The notes under the pieces were generated by a model. That model did not search any database. It had not been told where the DNA came from and was given only the letters and a program-made list of their open reading frames with translations. From Wolbachia endosymbiont of Dirofilaria (Dirofilaria) immitis (lineage in GTDB: Bacteria; Pseudomonadota; Alphaproteobacteria; Rickettsiales; Anaplasmataceae), in assembly GCF_013365455.1 (NCBI RefSeq), contig NZ_CP046578.1:780001-812000 (forward strand): DNA of 32,000 bases. Reading direction: 5' to 3'. This document shows positions 19,070 to 28,908 of this stretch, one piece after another; position 1 is the stretch's first letter; each line of letters opens with the position of its first letter. The position numbers were made by a program, and so were the translations under genes.

Positions 19070-19945
19070 ATGCTTAATCTGCTTGGCATTATTATTATGA
19101 AATTAGTGCTGCTCCCAAATTTACAATCGTATTTATTAATAGTTTAGAAGTAAAATATGTTGATGTAAAAACATAATAATATTTAGCATACTTTTCATTA
19201 CATATAAAATCAAAATCTTTAGAAAGAATTCTATAAATATGCTCTTCACCTAAAGATAATAATAAACCTCATTCAACAAACAATTCAAGTATTAAGTTTT
19301 CCAGGTGTTTATTTATATAACAGCAAGAAAAATAATGTTAAAGAAAATCCAATAAATCAAATTTAAAGAAGAAGCTAACTCTACTGCTTCAGAACAAATA
19401 CTGTCAAGAAAGCTCTACTTGTATCAATACAAGCAACTATTAACGATATATTATTTGAGAATATGAATAATTTTATTTTACATCTAAAACTACAGAAAAG
19501 TCAAGTATTAATAGCTGCAGGAAGACTAAACTAAATACCAGAAAAAACCTTATATTCAACTAGAATCTAATTAATTGAGGCAAAACTTTCTAAGCGCAGG
19601 CTTAAATCTCATCTATTATATTACTATCCTATTAGCAACATAAATAATATATCTCCGGCAAACAGGACCCTAATTTAGAGAAAGAGGCAGGTACATAAAA
19701 TGGTAGGAAGATTAAATAAGGATCGAGAGAAAACATAAACTACAATCAATAAGCATATAAAAGCTAACACTACAGCATGTTCTATCACTAAAGATACCAT
19801 GTGAAAAAAGGTGCCAAACCTGACGTTTTATACAAATGAAAAAACCTTTATCAAAAATTCTGGTAAAAGCAGATAGCCTAATTGATCACTTTTAATAAAA
19901 TGACCATAGTTACTAATTATTTATCATACTTTCGCTATGCATCTT

Positions 19946-21178
19946 TTAAAATAATATATCTCTTATCTGCTTTACAGCTTTACCTGCCTTTGATTCCTTT
20001 TCTATGAAAGCAGCCTCGAGAAAAATTTCAAGCCTTTCCCATTCTTTCTGACCATTTATATGACTACAAAACTGTAGGCCTGTATTTATTTTTAATTTTT
20101 TCCAATACTTTTTGATATGAAGAACCTAGTTCCTCATATGTATCAATATCCACTGACTGTAGTATCGTCAAAAATGAAAATAAACTTGGAGCAAGTAGTT
20201 CTTCCTTCGCACAATTCAGAAGACACAGTTCTATTTTTTTCATACAGTATTCTATTGTTTCTAATGATAGTAACAGACTTTCTGCATAAAATATGAAACT
20301 GTTTATAAACGGCTCTTTTGACTTTTTCGATAATTTTACATTTTTAAACAGTTCTTGTATAAATTCCTTCACCGACCGTTTCAATAAATGTAAGGAGAGA
20401 TCAATAAAAGATCTAAGGCCAAAATTTTATCCAAGTATTGTACTATAGCCTTATATACATTACTCTTATCTCTACTAATAGAAATAACAAAGACAAGCCC
20501 TTGTACATTAAGTAGATACTTTATGGATTCTAAAAAATCAACGATGAACTTAGGACGGCATATATCAAGGTCATCCACCATTATATAAATGCTTTTACCT
20601 TTTCTAATCTTATTAACTACCTTCATTAATTGTGTTTTAAAATCTTTGGTGTTTTCTTTGCTTTTTTGCAGAACATTCAATTCTCTCAACACAGCACCAA
20701 TATCCTTTTTATCAGCCTCTCTTGTGGCATTAAGCAGCACAGAAAGCATAGCAAGCGGAGACTTATTAATTAACCTTCCGAGTCTAAAGAAAATAGCTCC
20801 TGATTTATGTTCTTGAGCCGTTGTATAACGCTTCTCTTTATCTCATAAGATGAGAATAAATCCTCAAATAAGAAATTTAAAAAAGAAGGCAGAGGTTGGT
20901 CCAATGCACTAATGTCCCACGCACTATAATAAGCTGCTATTTCATTTTGTTGCTTTAATTCCTTCACCCACTCTTTCAAAAAAAAATGTCTTACCCCATC
21001 CATTATATCCATCTAAAGATATTATTGTAAAAGACTGATCAATTGTTTTAATTACAGTGTTAAACTTGCTTGAAAATTGCTTGTAGTTTAAGAGGTCATT
21101 TTCCCAAGCCATTATTTTAAGTAGTGATATCACTTCTTTCTTTCTAAAGGTTATTAGTGATATAAGTTTTTTAAACAC
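19946..21178 (-). pseudogene. Frameshifted KAP-family P-loop NTPase pseudogene (at least 4 frame disruptions)
   Basis: Five consecutive minus-strand pieces in different frames: 21178-20942, 21012-20770, 20749-20381, 20384-20064 and about 20063-19946. KAP-type Walker A LDGYNGWGKTFF (plus 20987-21001). KAP-type Walker B IYIMVDDLDICRP (about 20553-20582). A YLDKI segment typical after Walker B. The first break sits in an A9 run at 20978-20986; removing one base restores GWGKTFFLKEWVKEL. Confidence 0.75.
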
Positions 21179-22213
21179 ATACCTAATTTCAATTCAACTC
21201 ATATTCTTATCTTGAAGTTAAGAACTGCTTTTAGTGCTCCCTCATCTAAGTAATCAATTTCCCCACTATTGGTAGTATAATGCAAGCAAGGTGTGCATTC
21301 TTACATCTAACTTCTTAATAACTTAATTATATATTATACTGTAATCTGACCTTATGATGTTAGATTAATTATAATAATTACCTCTCTAATTTTAGATTCC
21401 GCACTCCTTTAGGAATAGCATTAAGGCTAAGAGCTCTTTCAGTTCAACACCATTCATTGCAGATAATCTACCAGCCAGAACTACAGTACATACTACAAAA
21501 TATATGTCCCCTTCTCAAACGCCCATAGATCACCTAACTCTTCTACTACACACATTAACTTATTGTCATGTTCTAGATCAATATAAATGACAAGGCGATT
21601 TACTACTATCAGATTCCCGTAAACTTCACGCTTTACTATAAGATCGACTAGCTCTTTTAATCAAGAATACAAGTGGCAGCATAACCTTTTCTCTATTCTG
21701 AAGTAAATATATAACCAACCTATGTGATGATGACAGCCATAAACTCAGCAATTTAGAGAAAGCATGAACTAAATTTTTTACATTAATATTCATTCCACAA
21801 ATTTAGAATAGACCATAAAATGGTAATATCAAATCCTTAATAAAAAAAAGCGGTAAGTTTTACTTAACCTTGCTTTGATTAGCTATAGAGAAAAACCACT
21901 CCTGCATACTTATACTATTATCATATTAAAGGTAGAGATATTAAAGAACTCAAAAACAACCACCTCTGCTTGTAGGCTTCTCTCCATTAAACAGCTAAAT
22001 TCAGTAAAACACGTATTCTTTCTGTACACATAAGTGCACACATGTCCTGCTTACAGGTCTACATCTTTTCTTAAACCTTTACCTATAATAGGACCACCAT
22101 ATCTAGCACCCTAAACTACATTTATAATTAGCTTAAGCTTTTGACAGACTTAAGTATTAATACACATAAAAAACAGAATGAACTTATGTTTTTGCACTAA
22201 CCACTTTACTAAC

Positions 22214-23212
22214 CTATTGAACAAGCCCTATAATGTCCTCAATTTCTTTTATGCTATGATCTGCAATCTCTGCTGCTTTTTCCGTACCTCTTTTTAATAT
22301 TTCATATAAATAGAACTGGTCTTTCAAGAGATTATTCATTTTTTCACGTATAGGTGATACAACACTGATAATTAAGTCAGCTAACTCTCTTTTAAAATGC
22401 TTCATATCATATTTATTCATTTCTTCACACACTTTACTTACATCAAAATTACTGAGTGCTGAATAAATGTTTAACAAATTACTTACCTCCGGGCGGCATC
22501 TTAAAGTAGCAAAATCAAAGCCTAGTATTGAGTCTGTTTTTGCCTTTCTTATCTTTTTAATAATTAATCTATCCGTGTCATCAAGGTTAATACATGAACT
22601 CTTTGAAGGATCAGATTTACTCATCTTGCTTGCACCATCCCTTAAGCTCATTATCCTTGATGTGTGATCTAAAACTAGGATCTCAGGCACAATAAAATGA
22701 TCAAGCTTATAGTAATTATTGAAAGCTAACGCAATATCACGTGCAAGCTCTAAATGCTGTTTTTGATCATCACCAACAGGAACATACTTAGTTCGATATA
22801 GCAATATATCTGCAGCCATAAGTACCGGGTAACTATATAACCCTAAAGAGGCTTTTTGTTTACTACTGCCAGCCTTATCTTTAAATTGAGTCATACGGTT
22901 AAGCCAACCAACTGGTGTATAGCAGCCAAGCAGCCAACTCAGCTTAGTATGTCCACTAATTGTAGATTGACTAAAAATAATGGACTTTTCTGGATTTATT
23001 CCACACGCAATGTAAACTGCTGCCGTTTTCAAAATATTACCTTTTAATTCACTTGCAGAAAGCTTATTAGCCGTAATTGCATGTAAATCAACAATACAAA
23101 AAAGAGACTTATATTTATCCTGTAAACCTACCCATTGCTTGATTGCACCAAGATAATTACCCAAGTGTAGTACACCACTCGGTTGAATACCTGAAAAAAC
23201 AATATTACACAC
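22214..23212 (-). CDS. trpS: Tryptophan--tRNA ligase
   Basis: Class I signatures GIQPSGVLHLGNYLG (HIGH-like) and KMSKS. 332 aa. GTG start. Confidence 0.93.
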   Translation of the reverse strand: MCNIVFSGIQPSGVLHLGNYLGAIKQWVGLQDKYKSLFCIVDLHAITANKLSASELKGNILKTAAVYIACGINPEKSIIFSQSTISGHTKLSWLLGCYTPVGWLNRMTQFKDKAGSSKQKASLGLYSYPVLMAADILLYRTKYVPVGDDQKQHLELARDIALAFNNYYKLDHFIVPEILVLDHTSRIMSLRDGASKMSKSDPSKSSCINLDDTDRLIIKKIRKAKTDSILGFDFATLRCRPEVSNLLNIYSALSNFDVSKVCEEMNKYDMKHFKRELADLIISVVSPIREKMNNLLKDQFYLYEILKRGTEKAAEIADHSIKEIEDIIGLVQ

Positions 23213-23224
23213 TATTTTGTTCTG

Positions 23225-23791
23225 CTAATTGTTTTCACAATCAGTAGATCTTTTAGAAATAACAACCATTGCAGGACGAAGTAACCTACTTTTAATAGTA
23301 TAACCAGTTTGTAAAACCTCCATGATAGTACCAACCTCTTTTTCATTATCCTCCTTCTCTATAATAGCTTGATGCAAATTACTATCAAAGAGTTCTCCAA
23401 TTGGATCCATTTCCTTTATTCCGTGTTTTTTGAGATCACTCATAATTTTTTGATGAGCTACTTTAATCCCTTCATGAACAGGATCACCATCTTCCAGATT
23501 TTCCATTACCCTTTTTAAATTATCGCAAGAGTCTATTACGTCACGTGCAAATTGTGTAACTGCATAATCACTTGCATCACTGATTTGTTTTTGCATTATA
23601 CGTTTGACGTTCTCATTGTCTGCAACGGCACGGCGCAAATGATCCTCAAGCTGAGCTGCGCGCTCCTTTAATGTACTAAGATTTTCGTTCAAATCATTAA
23701 TTTGGTTGCTGTCGTCTTGCTGGCCTTCACTTTCCTGCTTATTTAGCATATCAGTAAATTTCTTCCTTTTTTCCCTACTATCACTTGACAT
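23225..23791 (-). CDS. grpE: Nucleotide exchange factor GrpE
   Basis: Acidic N-terminus, long coiled-coil (LKERAAQLEDHLRRAVADNENVKR), and C-terminal beta domain (GTIMEVLQTGYTIKSRLLRPAMVVIS) typical of GrpE. Confidence 0.92.
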   Translation of the reverse strand: MSSDSREKRKKFTDMLNKQESEGQQDDSNQINDLNENLSTLKERAAQLEDHLRRAVADNENVKRIMQKQISDASDYAVTQFARDVIDSCDNLKRVMENLEDGDPVHEGIKVAHQKIMSDLKKHGIKEMDPIGELFDSNLHQAIIEKEDNEKEVGTIMEVLQTGYTIKSRLLRPAMVVISKRSTDCENN

Positions 23792-23801
23792 ATTATTACC
23801 T

Positions 23802-24830
23802 TTAAGAACCTAATAAATATATAGCAATTAATCTAAAAATATCAAGAACCAGCCAAGCTTGCCTTTCTATGCTCGCATTTAAAAAGTTAATCAAAGCAGT
23901 TTTATAAGGAGAATCAGAAAAAGCATCAATATTATTTTGTGCCATGCTAATATAATGCTTCGCTTTTTCTATAGAAAGCTCGACGGCATTATGGTAATTA
24001 ATATAGTACAATGCTTGATTAAAATCACGTTCAGCTGAAGAAAAACATTTTTCCCAAAATTCTCGCTCCACTGTATTGCTTTTTTCATACGCTATAATAG
24101 CAGGTAAAGTTACTTTGCCCTCAAAAAAGTCTTTTCCGACTTGTTTTCCAGAAGTACTCTGACTAGCAGTATAATCAAGCATGTCATCAATTATCTGAAA
24201 TGCCATACCAAAGTTAAACCCAAAACTCTTTAGTCTTTCTATCTCATCACTTGTAGCACCAGATATTACAGATGCAGCTTCACAACACGCAGAAAATAAA
24301 GATGCTGTTTTTTCTCCAATGATATCAAAATAACTTTCCCGAACAGTGTGAGGGTTAAAGTACGTCGTCATCTGCTTTATTTCACCCTTCACAAGTGAAC
24401 GCGATGCCCTAGATAAGATAGAGAGAACATTTAAATTTTTGCATTCTATGAGCCATCCAAACGCCAGAGTTAACAATAGATCACCAACTAAAATACTTGA
24501 TTTATCCCCCCAAATCTTATTTGCCGTCCTCACTCCATGACGCACTTCACTTTCATCAAGTACATCATCATGAAGCAAAGCAGCATTGTGTATAAACTCT
24601 ACCGATGCAGCAACTTTAATCTTATCCTCTCTAGAATAACCTAGCATTTTACATATAACAAAAACAAGTTTGGGCCTAATTTTTTTTCCACCAGACTTAA
24701 TAAGATGAGATATAACATCAGTAGCAAATTTAATATCTTCATTATTAACACTATTAAAGATAAAATCCTTCATAGCCAACAAATCAGAAGATACAACATT
24801 ATCTAATATATCATTATTTGCTGACAGCAT
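23802..24830 (-). CDS. ispB: Polyprenyl (octaprenyl) diphosphate synthase
   Basis: Two Asp-rich motifs of trans-prenyltransferases: LLHDDVLDES and QIIDDMLDY. 342 aa. Confidence 0.88.
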   Translation of the reverse strand: MLSANNDILDNVVSSDLLAMKDFIFNSVNNEDIKFATDVISHLIKSGGKKIRPKLVFVICKMLGYSREDKIKVAASVEFIHNAALLHDDVLDESEVRHGVRTANKIWGDKSSILVGDLLLTLAFGWLIECKNLNVLSILSRASRSLVKGEIKQMTTYFNPHTVRESYFDIIGEKTASLFSACCEAASVISGATSDEIERLKSFGFNFGMAFQIIDDMLDYTASQSTSGKQVGKDFFEGKVTLPAIIAYEKSNTVEREFWEKCFSSAERDFNQALYYINYHNAVELSIEKAKHYISMAQNNIDAFSDSPYKTALINFLNASIERQAWLVLDIFRLIAIYLLGS

Positions 24831-24839
24831 TAAAGAGAC

Positions 24840-25160
24840 TTACGCCTCTTGTTCTTCTACTTTCTTCCTTCCTGCCTCTTTTAGTTCCACCTTTCTTTTT
24901 TCTGCTTCTAAAGTTAGAAGACCATTTTTGATAAACCATAACACTCTTTTAGTTGCTTGCGCACCTATACTTAGCCAATATTTTAACCTATCAGCTCTTA
25001 CCATAACGCGTTTTTTATCATCTTTTGCTAACATTGGATCATACTGTCCTATTCTTTCAATAAAGCGTCCATCTCTTGGTGCACGCGAATCAGCCACAAT
25101 TATTCTGTAAAAAGGGCGTTTCTTTGCACCAAATCTTGCTAACCTTATCTTAACTACCAT
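24840..25160 (-). CDS. rpsP: 30S ribosomal protein S16
   Basis: [42 protein letters not shown] is a canonical S16 N-terminus; basic/acidic C-terminal tail. Confidence 0.95.
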   Translation of the reverse strand: MVVKIRLARFGAKKRPFYRIIVADSRAPRDGRFIERIGQYDPMLAKDDKKRVMVRADRLKYWLSIGAQATKRVLWFIKNGLLTLEAEKRKVELKEAGRKKVEEQEA

Positions 25161-26560
25161 GTTAACCTTTATTCATACGTTACTTACAACTTTACACAAT
25201 AAACAGTTCAAGTCAAATAAATTATACAACTTTTACACCTCATAATAATACGCAGAGCATCTAAAGTGTATTATTGCATAATTCACGAAATAACCCTAGA
25301 ATTTCAAAGTTTGTGAGGTTTTAGTATCCAACCTAATTTATCACCTAGCTAGTCTTTTATTTACAGCCACGAAAAGTAACCTTAGCTTTTAGAAAAATTG
25401 ATACATATTTCAGTTTTGCAGACAAAGCACTGGTAGGTGTAGGTAAAAAGATCCATCATATGTAACAGTCAGCATACAATTGCGGAAGAAATAGTAATAA
25501 AACAAAAATAAGCATCATACCTGTATTACTTTTAATAAAGTCATTATCAGTGTCAAAATTATTATCCTCCCTAGTTATTTCTTAATAGAAATAAGAAAGT
25601 CAGATAGAGTTTTTTGTTAAAGATGTAAGCACTTTCAACTGGTAGCGAATCTAGAATTAGAAAGTGTACCCTTTCACTTAGAATCATAGCCAACATTGCA
25701 CAACTTTCTTCTTTCAAGTATCTTTAGCTCATTTAACAACAACAATAAAAAAATAAAAACATAAAATTTTTAATTACTGACTCCATATAAACAATGTACA
25801 ATAACAAAAATTACACTAGCACTAGACACTGCAATACAGGTCCACACCTAAGCTCATAAATTGACTTATTCTCTCTGAAACAGTATGATATTTTTTCTTT
25901 AACAGTTTGCCATATAACCAAGAAATAGATAAATAACACAGACTTAAAACTTTAGAACACATGGCAGATACGATACTGCATCTCAAGTGTTACCTAAAAT
26001 AATTTGGCTCCACCATAATAAAATTGACATTTTTAAAATACTTGAAGCAGGGCTTACACTCATTGGCAACCCATTAACATTATTTCTAGCAGGCAACCTT
26101 TAATAAGGAAGTTGTCGGCAACGCTACATTTGCAGAATTAAGAGTTTTAAACCAACTCTGATAAAAGTCCAAATATTGAATAGTAGGAACAAAATATGAA
26201 AAATCTAAGGAGAGAAGTAGTTGAATGAAGCACGATTGATTAGCTATTATCATTACAGAATATCTTTACACAAAAAAGAAGTGCACCCTGAGCATTATTA
26301 TTAGGAACTAAAAATAAGAATTACCAGTTGATTTTGCTGCTTCTTTAAAGCATAATAAATCCATTATTACCAGCTTCTCCAATAATCTATGGTAGAAGCA
26401 GCACACTTTTAGATGAAGAAAAGTACCCCCATATGCTGACTTTAAGCTTAAGAAGCAAAAAAAATATGGCTCAAAAAGCTATACTAATCTAAAACAGAAA
26501 CTATCTTTTTTACAATATTAATAATTAAGTCTGATCACATAAAAGAGCTGAGAAAAACCT
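25161..26560. other. 1.4-kb ORF-free tract between rpsP and ftsY
   Basis: The track has no ORF of 60 codons or more in any frame. I found no recognisable RNA or protein motif. Confidence 0.7.
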
Positions 26561-27496
26561 TCAATCACAGTTAAACAACGCTTTAGCAAATTCCTTGCTA
26601 GTGAATTCTCTTAGGTCCTCTATATTTTCGCCAATTCCTATAGCATATAACTTCACCTTATAAACTTCTGCAAGTCCAATCACCACTCCACCCTTAGCAG
26701 TGCCATCTAATTTTGTTATGATTAGCCCAGTCACACTCACCATCTTACTAAATGCCTCCAACTGGCTATAAGCATTTTGGCCAGTAGTTGCATCAAGAAT
26801 TAAAATAACATCATGAGGAGCAGTATCATCCAACTTCTTTACCGTTCTATATATTTTTGATAGCTCTCCCATAAGGTTCACATTATTTTGTAACCTACCT
26901 GCTGTATCAATCAGAACAACATCAACGTTATCTTTCATAGCTTGACTTACAGCTTTATATGCTACACTTGCAGAATCACTACCGTATTCTCCAGTCACAA
27001 CAGGACAACCAGAACGTTCTGCCCAAATATTCAACTGTTCACTAGCAGCAGCTCTAAATGTATCACATGCAACTAGTACAACTGACTTTCCCATTTCTTT
27101 ATATTTATACGCAAGTTTACCTATAGTTGTAGTTTTACCATTACCATTTACCCCACATACCATTATTATATGTGGCCTCTTGTTTAAAATTAGCGGTTGT
27201 ATAACAGGGCTTAATATAGCTTCTATTTCATTCATTAATTGCCGTATAACAGTATTATGTTCAACTTCGTTGTCAAACCTGATATTTACAAGCCTATCAA
27301 TAATTGACTTGGAAGCTTTATGACCAATATCCATACTTATTAGAAGATCTTCCAGCTCACTCAAAAGCGACTGATCTAGTCTTTTTTTTCCAGAAAAAAT
27401 ACTTTTTATCCCATTGCTAAAGTGAGAAGAAGTTTTTAACAAGCCTTTATAAAGGTTACTAAATAGACTCAAGCAAATACTCCCCTTAAAATCCAA
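26561..27496 (-). CDS. ftsY: Signal recognition particle receptor FtsY (short form lacking an acidic A domain)
   Basis: SRP-GTPase motifs GVNGNGKTTTIGKLA (G1), DTAGRL (G3) and TKLDGTAKGG (G4). 311 aa. The apparent TTG start is uncertain. Confidence 0.92.
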   Translation of the reverse strand: MDFKGSICLSLFSNLYKGLLKTSSHFSNGIKSIFSGKKRLDQSLLSELEDLLISMDIGHKASKSIIDRLVNIRFDNEVEHNTVIRQLMNEIEAILSPVIQPLILNKRPHIIMVCGVNGNGKTTTIGKLAYKYKEMGKSVVLVACDTFRAAASEQLNIWAERSGCPVVTGEYGSDSASVAYKAVSQAMKDNVDVVLIDTAGRLQNNVNLMGELSKIYRTVKKLDDTAPHDVILILDATTGQNAYSQLEAFSKMVSVTGLIITKLDGTAKGGVVIGLAEVYKVKLYAIGIGENIEDLREFTSKEFAKALFNCD

Positions 27497-27653
27497 ATTT
27501 AATATAAAAATACACGCACTAAGTATGCTTCAAAACAAGTATACTTGCCTATGACATGTTTTGTAAGTAAAATATACTAATCACAAGCGTGTTTTTCTTT
27601 AGTTTCTAAACTAAATGTATTATAATGAAAAATAGTAGTTTATAGGTAATTTT

Positions 27654-28046
27654 ATGAGTTATAACGAGAAAATTTTAGATCACTATGAAAATCCAAGGAA
27701 CGTTGGTTCTCTAGACAAGAATGATCCAAACGTTGGCACTGGTTTAGTAGGGGCACCATCATGCGGTGATGTCATGAAATTACAAATAAAAATTAACAAT
27801 AAAGGCGTTATTGAAGATGCAAAATTTAAAACTTTTGGTTGCGGTTCAGCTATTGCTTCAAGTTCTTTGCTCACAGAGATAATCAAAGGTAAAACCATCG
27901 AAGATGTAGCACAGGTAAAGAATACTCAAATAGTGAAAGAATTATCTTTACCACCAGTCAAGATACACTGTTCAGTGCTTGCTGAAGATGCTATAAAAGC
28001 TGCTATTCATGATTATCAAAGCAAACAAACTAAAATTAATAGCTAA
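27654..28046 (+). CDS. iscU: Fe-S cluster assembly scaffold IscU
   Basis: ILDHYENPRNVG, GAPSCGDVMKL, FGCGSAIASSS and IHCSVLAEDAIKAA, covering the three conserved Cys and the LPPVK HscA-binding motif. Confidence 0.93.
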   Translation: MSYNEKILDHYENPRNVGSLDKNDPNVGTGLVGAPSCGDVMKLQIKINNKGVIEDAKFKTFGCGSAIASSSLLTEIIKGKTIEDVAQVKNTQIVKELSLPPVKIHCSVLAEDAIKAAIHDYQSKQTKINS

Positions 28047-28052
28047 AAAGTT

Positions 28053-28457
28053 ATGGGCGAGTATCAAGGATTAAATTCTGAAAAGAAAGATAAAAAACCT
28101 ATCACCATCACTACAAATGCAGTAAAGAGGATAAGGTATTTACTGGATCAAAAACAGCATAATAACTTAAAAAAAACAGAAAAAGCAATAGGAATAAGAG
28201 TGCTAATTAAACAAAAAGGATGTTCTGGTTTAAAATATGATATTGAATATGCATATAATGCTCGCCCCTTAGAGTCAGTAATTGAAGAAAGATGTAGTAA
28301 TGGCCAAAAAGTCAAAATATTAATCGATCCGAAGTCTATCATGTTTATACTTGGCTCTGAAATGGATTATGTAGAGGAAAAATTCTCATCAGGTTTTATT
28401 TTCAAAAACCCTAATGAAAAAGGAAAATGTGGTTGTGGGAGAAGTTTTTATGTTTAG
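28053..28457 (+). CDS. iscA: Iron-sulfur cluster insertion protein, IscA/HesB (A-type carrier) family
   Basis: Conserved Cys in GCSGLKY and the C-terminal CGCGRSF motif. 134 aa with an N-terminal extension. Confidence 0.88.
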   Translation: MGEYQGLNSEKKDKKPITITTNAVKRIRYLLDQKQHNNLKKTEKAIGIRVLIKQKGCSGLKYDIEYAYNARPLESVIEERCSNGQKVKILIDPKSIMFILGSEMDYVEEKFSSGFIFKNPNEKGKCGCGRSFYV

Positions 28458-28908
28458 CAACCATTTCTTACTGTTTGAAATCGAACCAGCTTTCAATATC
28501 AACTTTGATGAGCTAGAGAAAAAATATATTAAGCTAATCAAGGCTGACATAAACGAAGGAGAGTCCAAAAACATGAAAAGTATAAATAAAGCTTACCAAG
28601 TGCTAAAGTCCCCACTAAAACGGGCTGAGCATTTGTTAGATCTTCTTAGTATGAAAAGCCAAAAGAATTATACAAATTCTGAAATATTAAATGAATCAAT
28701 AGAAATAAGAGAATACTTGCTAGATTGCAATGACCTGCAATTTGCAAACAAGATGATTGATGAAAAGATAAAAGATTGTACTAAAAAACTAATTAATGCT
28801 TTTGCTGCAAAAAATTTTGATGAAGCTATGATGCAAGTTTCAAGATTAAAGTATCTATATAAATCATTTGAGGAGGTAAAGAAAAGTGCAACTAACCCAA
28901 GTTTCTGA
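28450..28908 (+). CDS. hscB: Fe-S co-chaperone HscB (J-type), with a degenerate J-domain
   Basis: Position between iscA and hscA. HscB-like segments INKAYQVLKSPLKRAEHLL and a C-terminal helical domain. ATG at 28450 overlaps the iscA stop (ATGTTTAG). The HPD tripeptide is absent; the sequence reads ...LIKADINEGESK... Confidence 0.8.
   Translation: MFSNHFLLFEIEPAFNINFDELEKKYIKLIKADINEGESKNMKSINKAYQVLKSPLKRAEHLLDLLSMKSQKNYTNSEILNESIEIREYLLDCNDLQFANKMIDEKIKDCTKKLINAFAAKNFDEAMMQVSRLKYLYKSFEEVKKSATNPSF

Noticed and set aside
25161-26560. An ffh (SRP54) pseudogene filling the ffh-sized gap upstream of rpsP.
   Set aside because: My manual minus-strand translation showed no trace of SRP54 G-domain or M-domain motifs. 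The size coincidence alone is not evidence.
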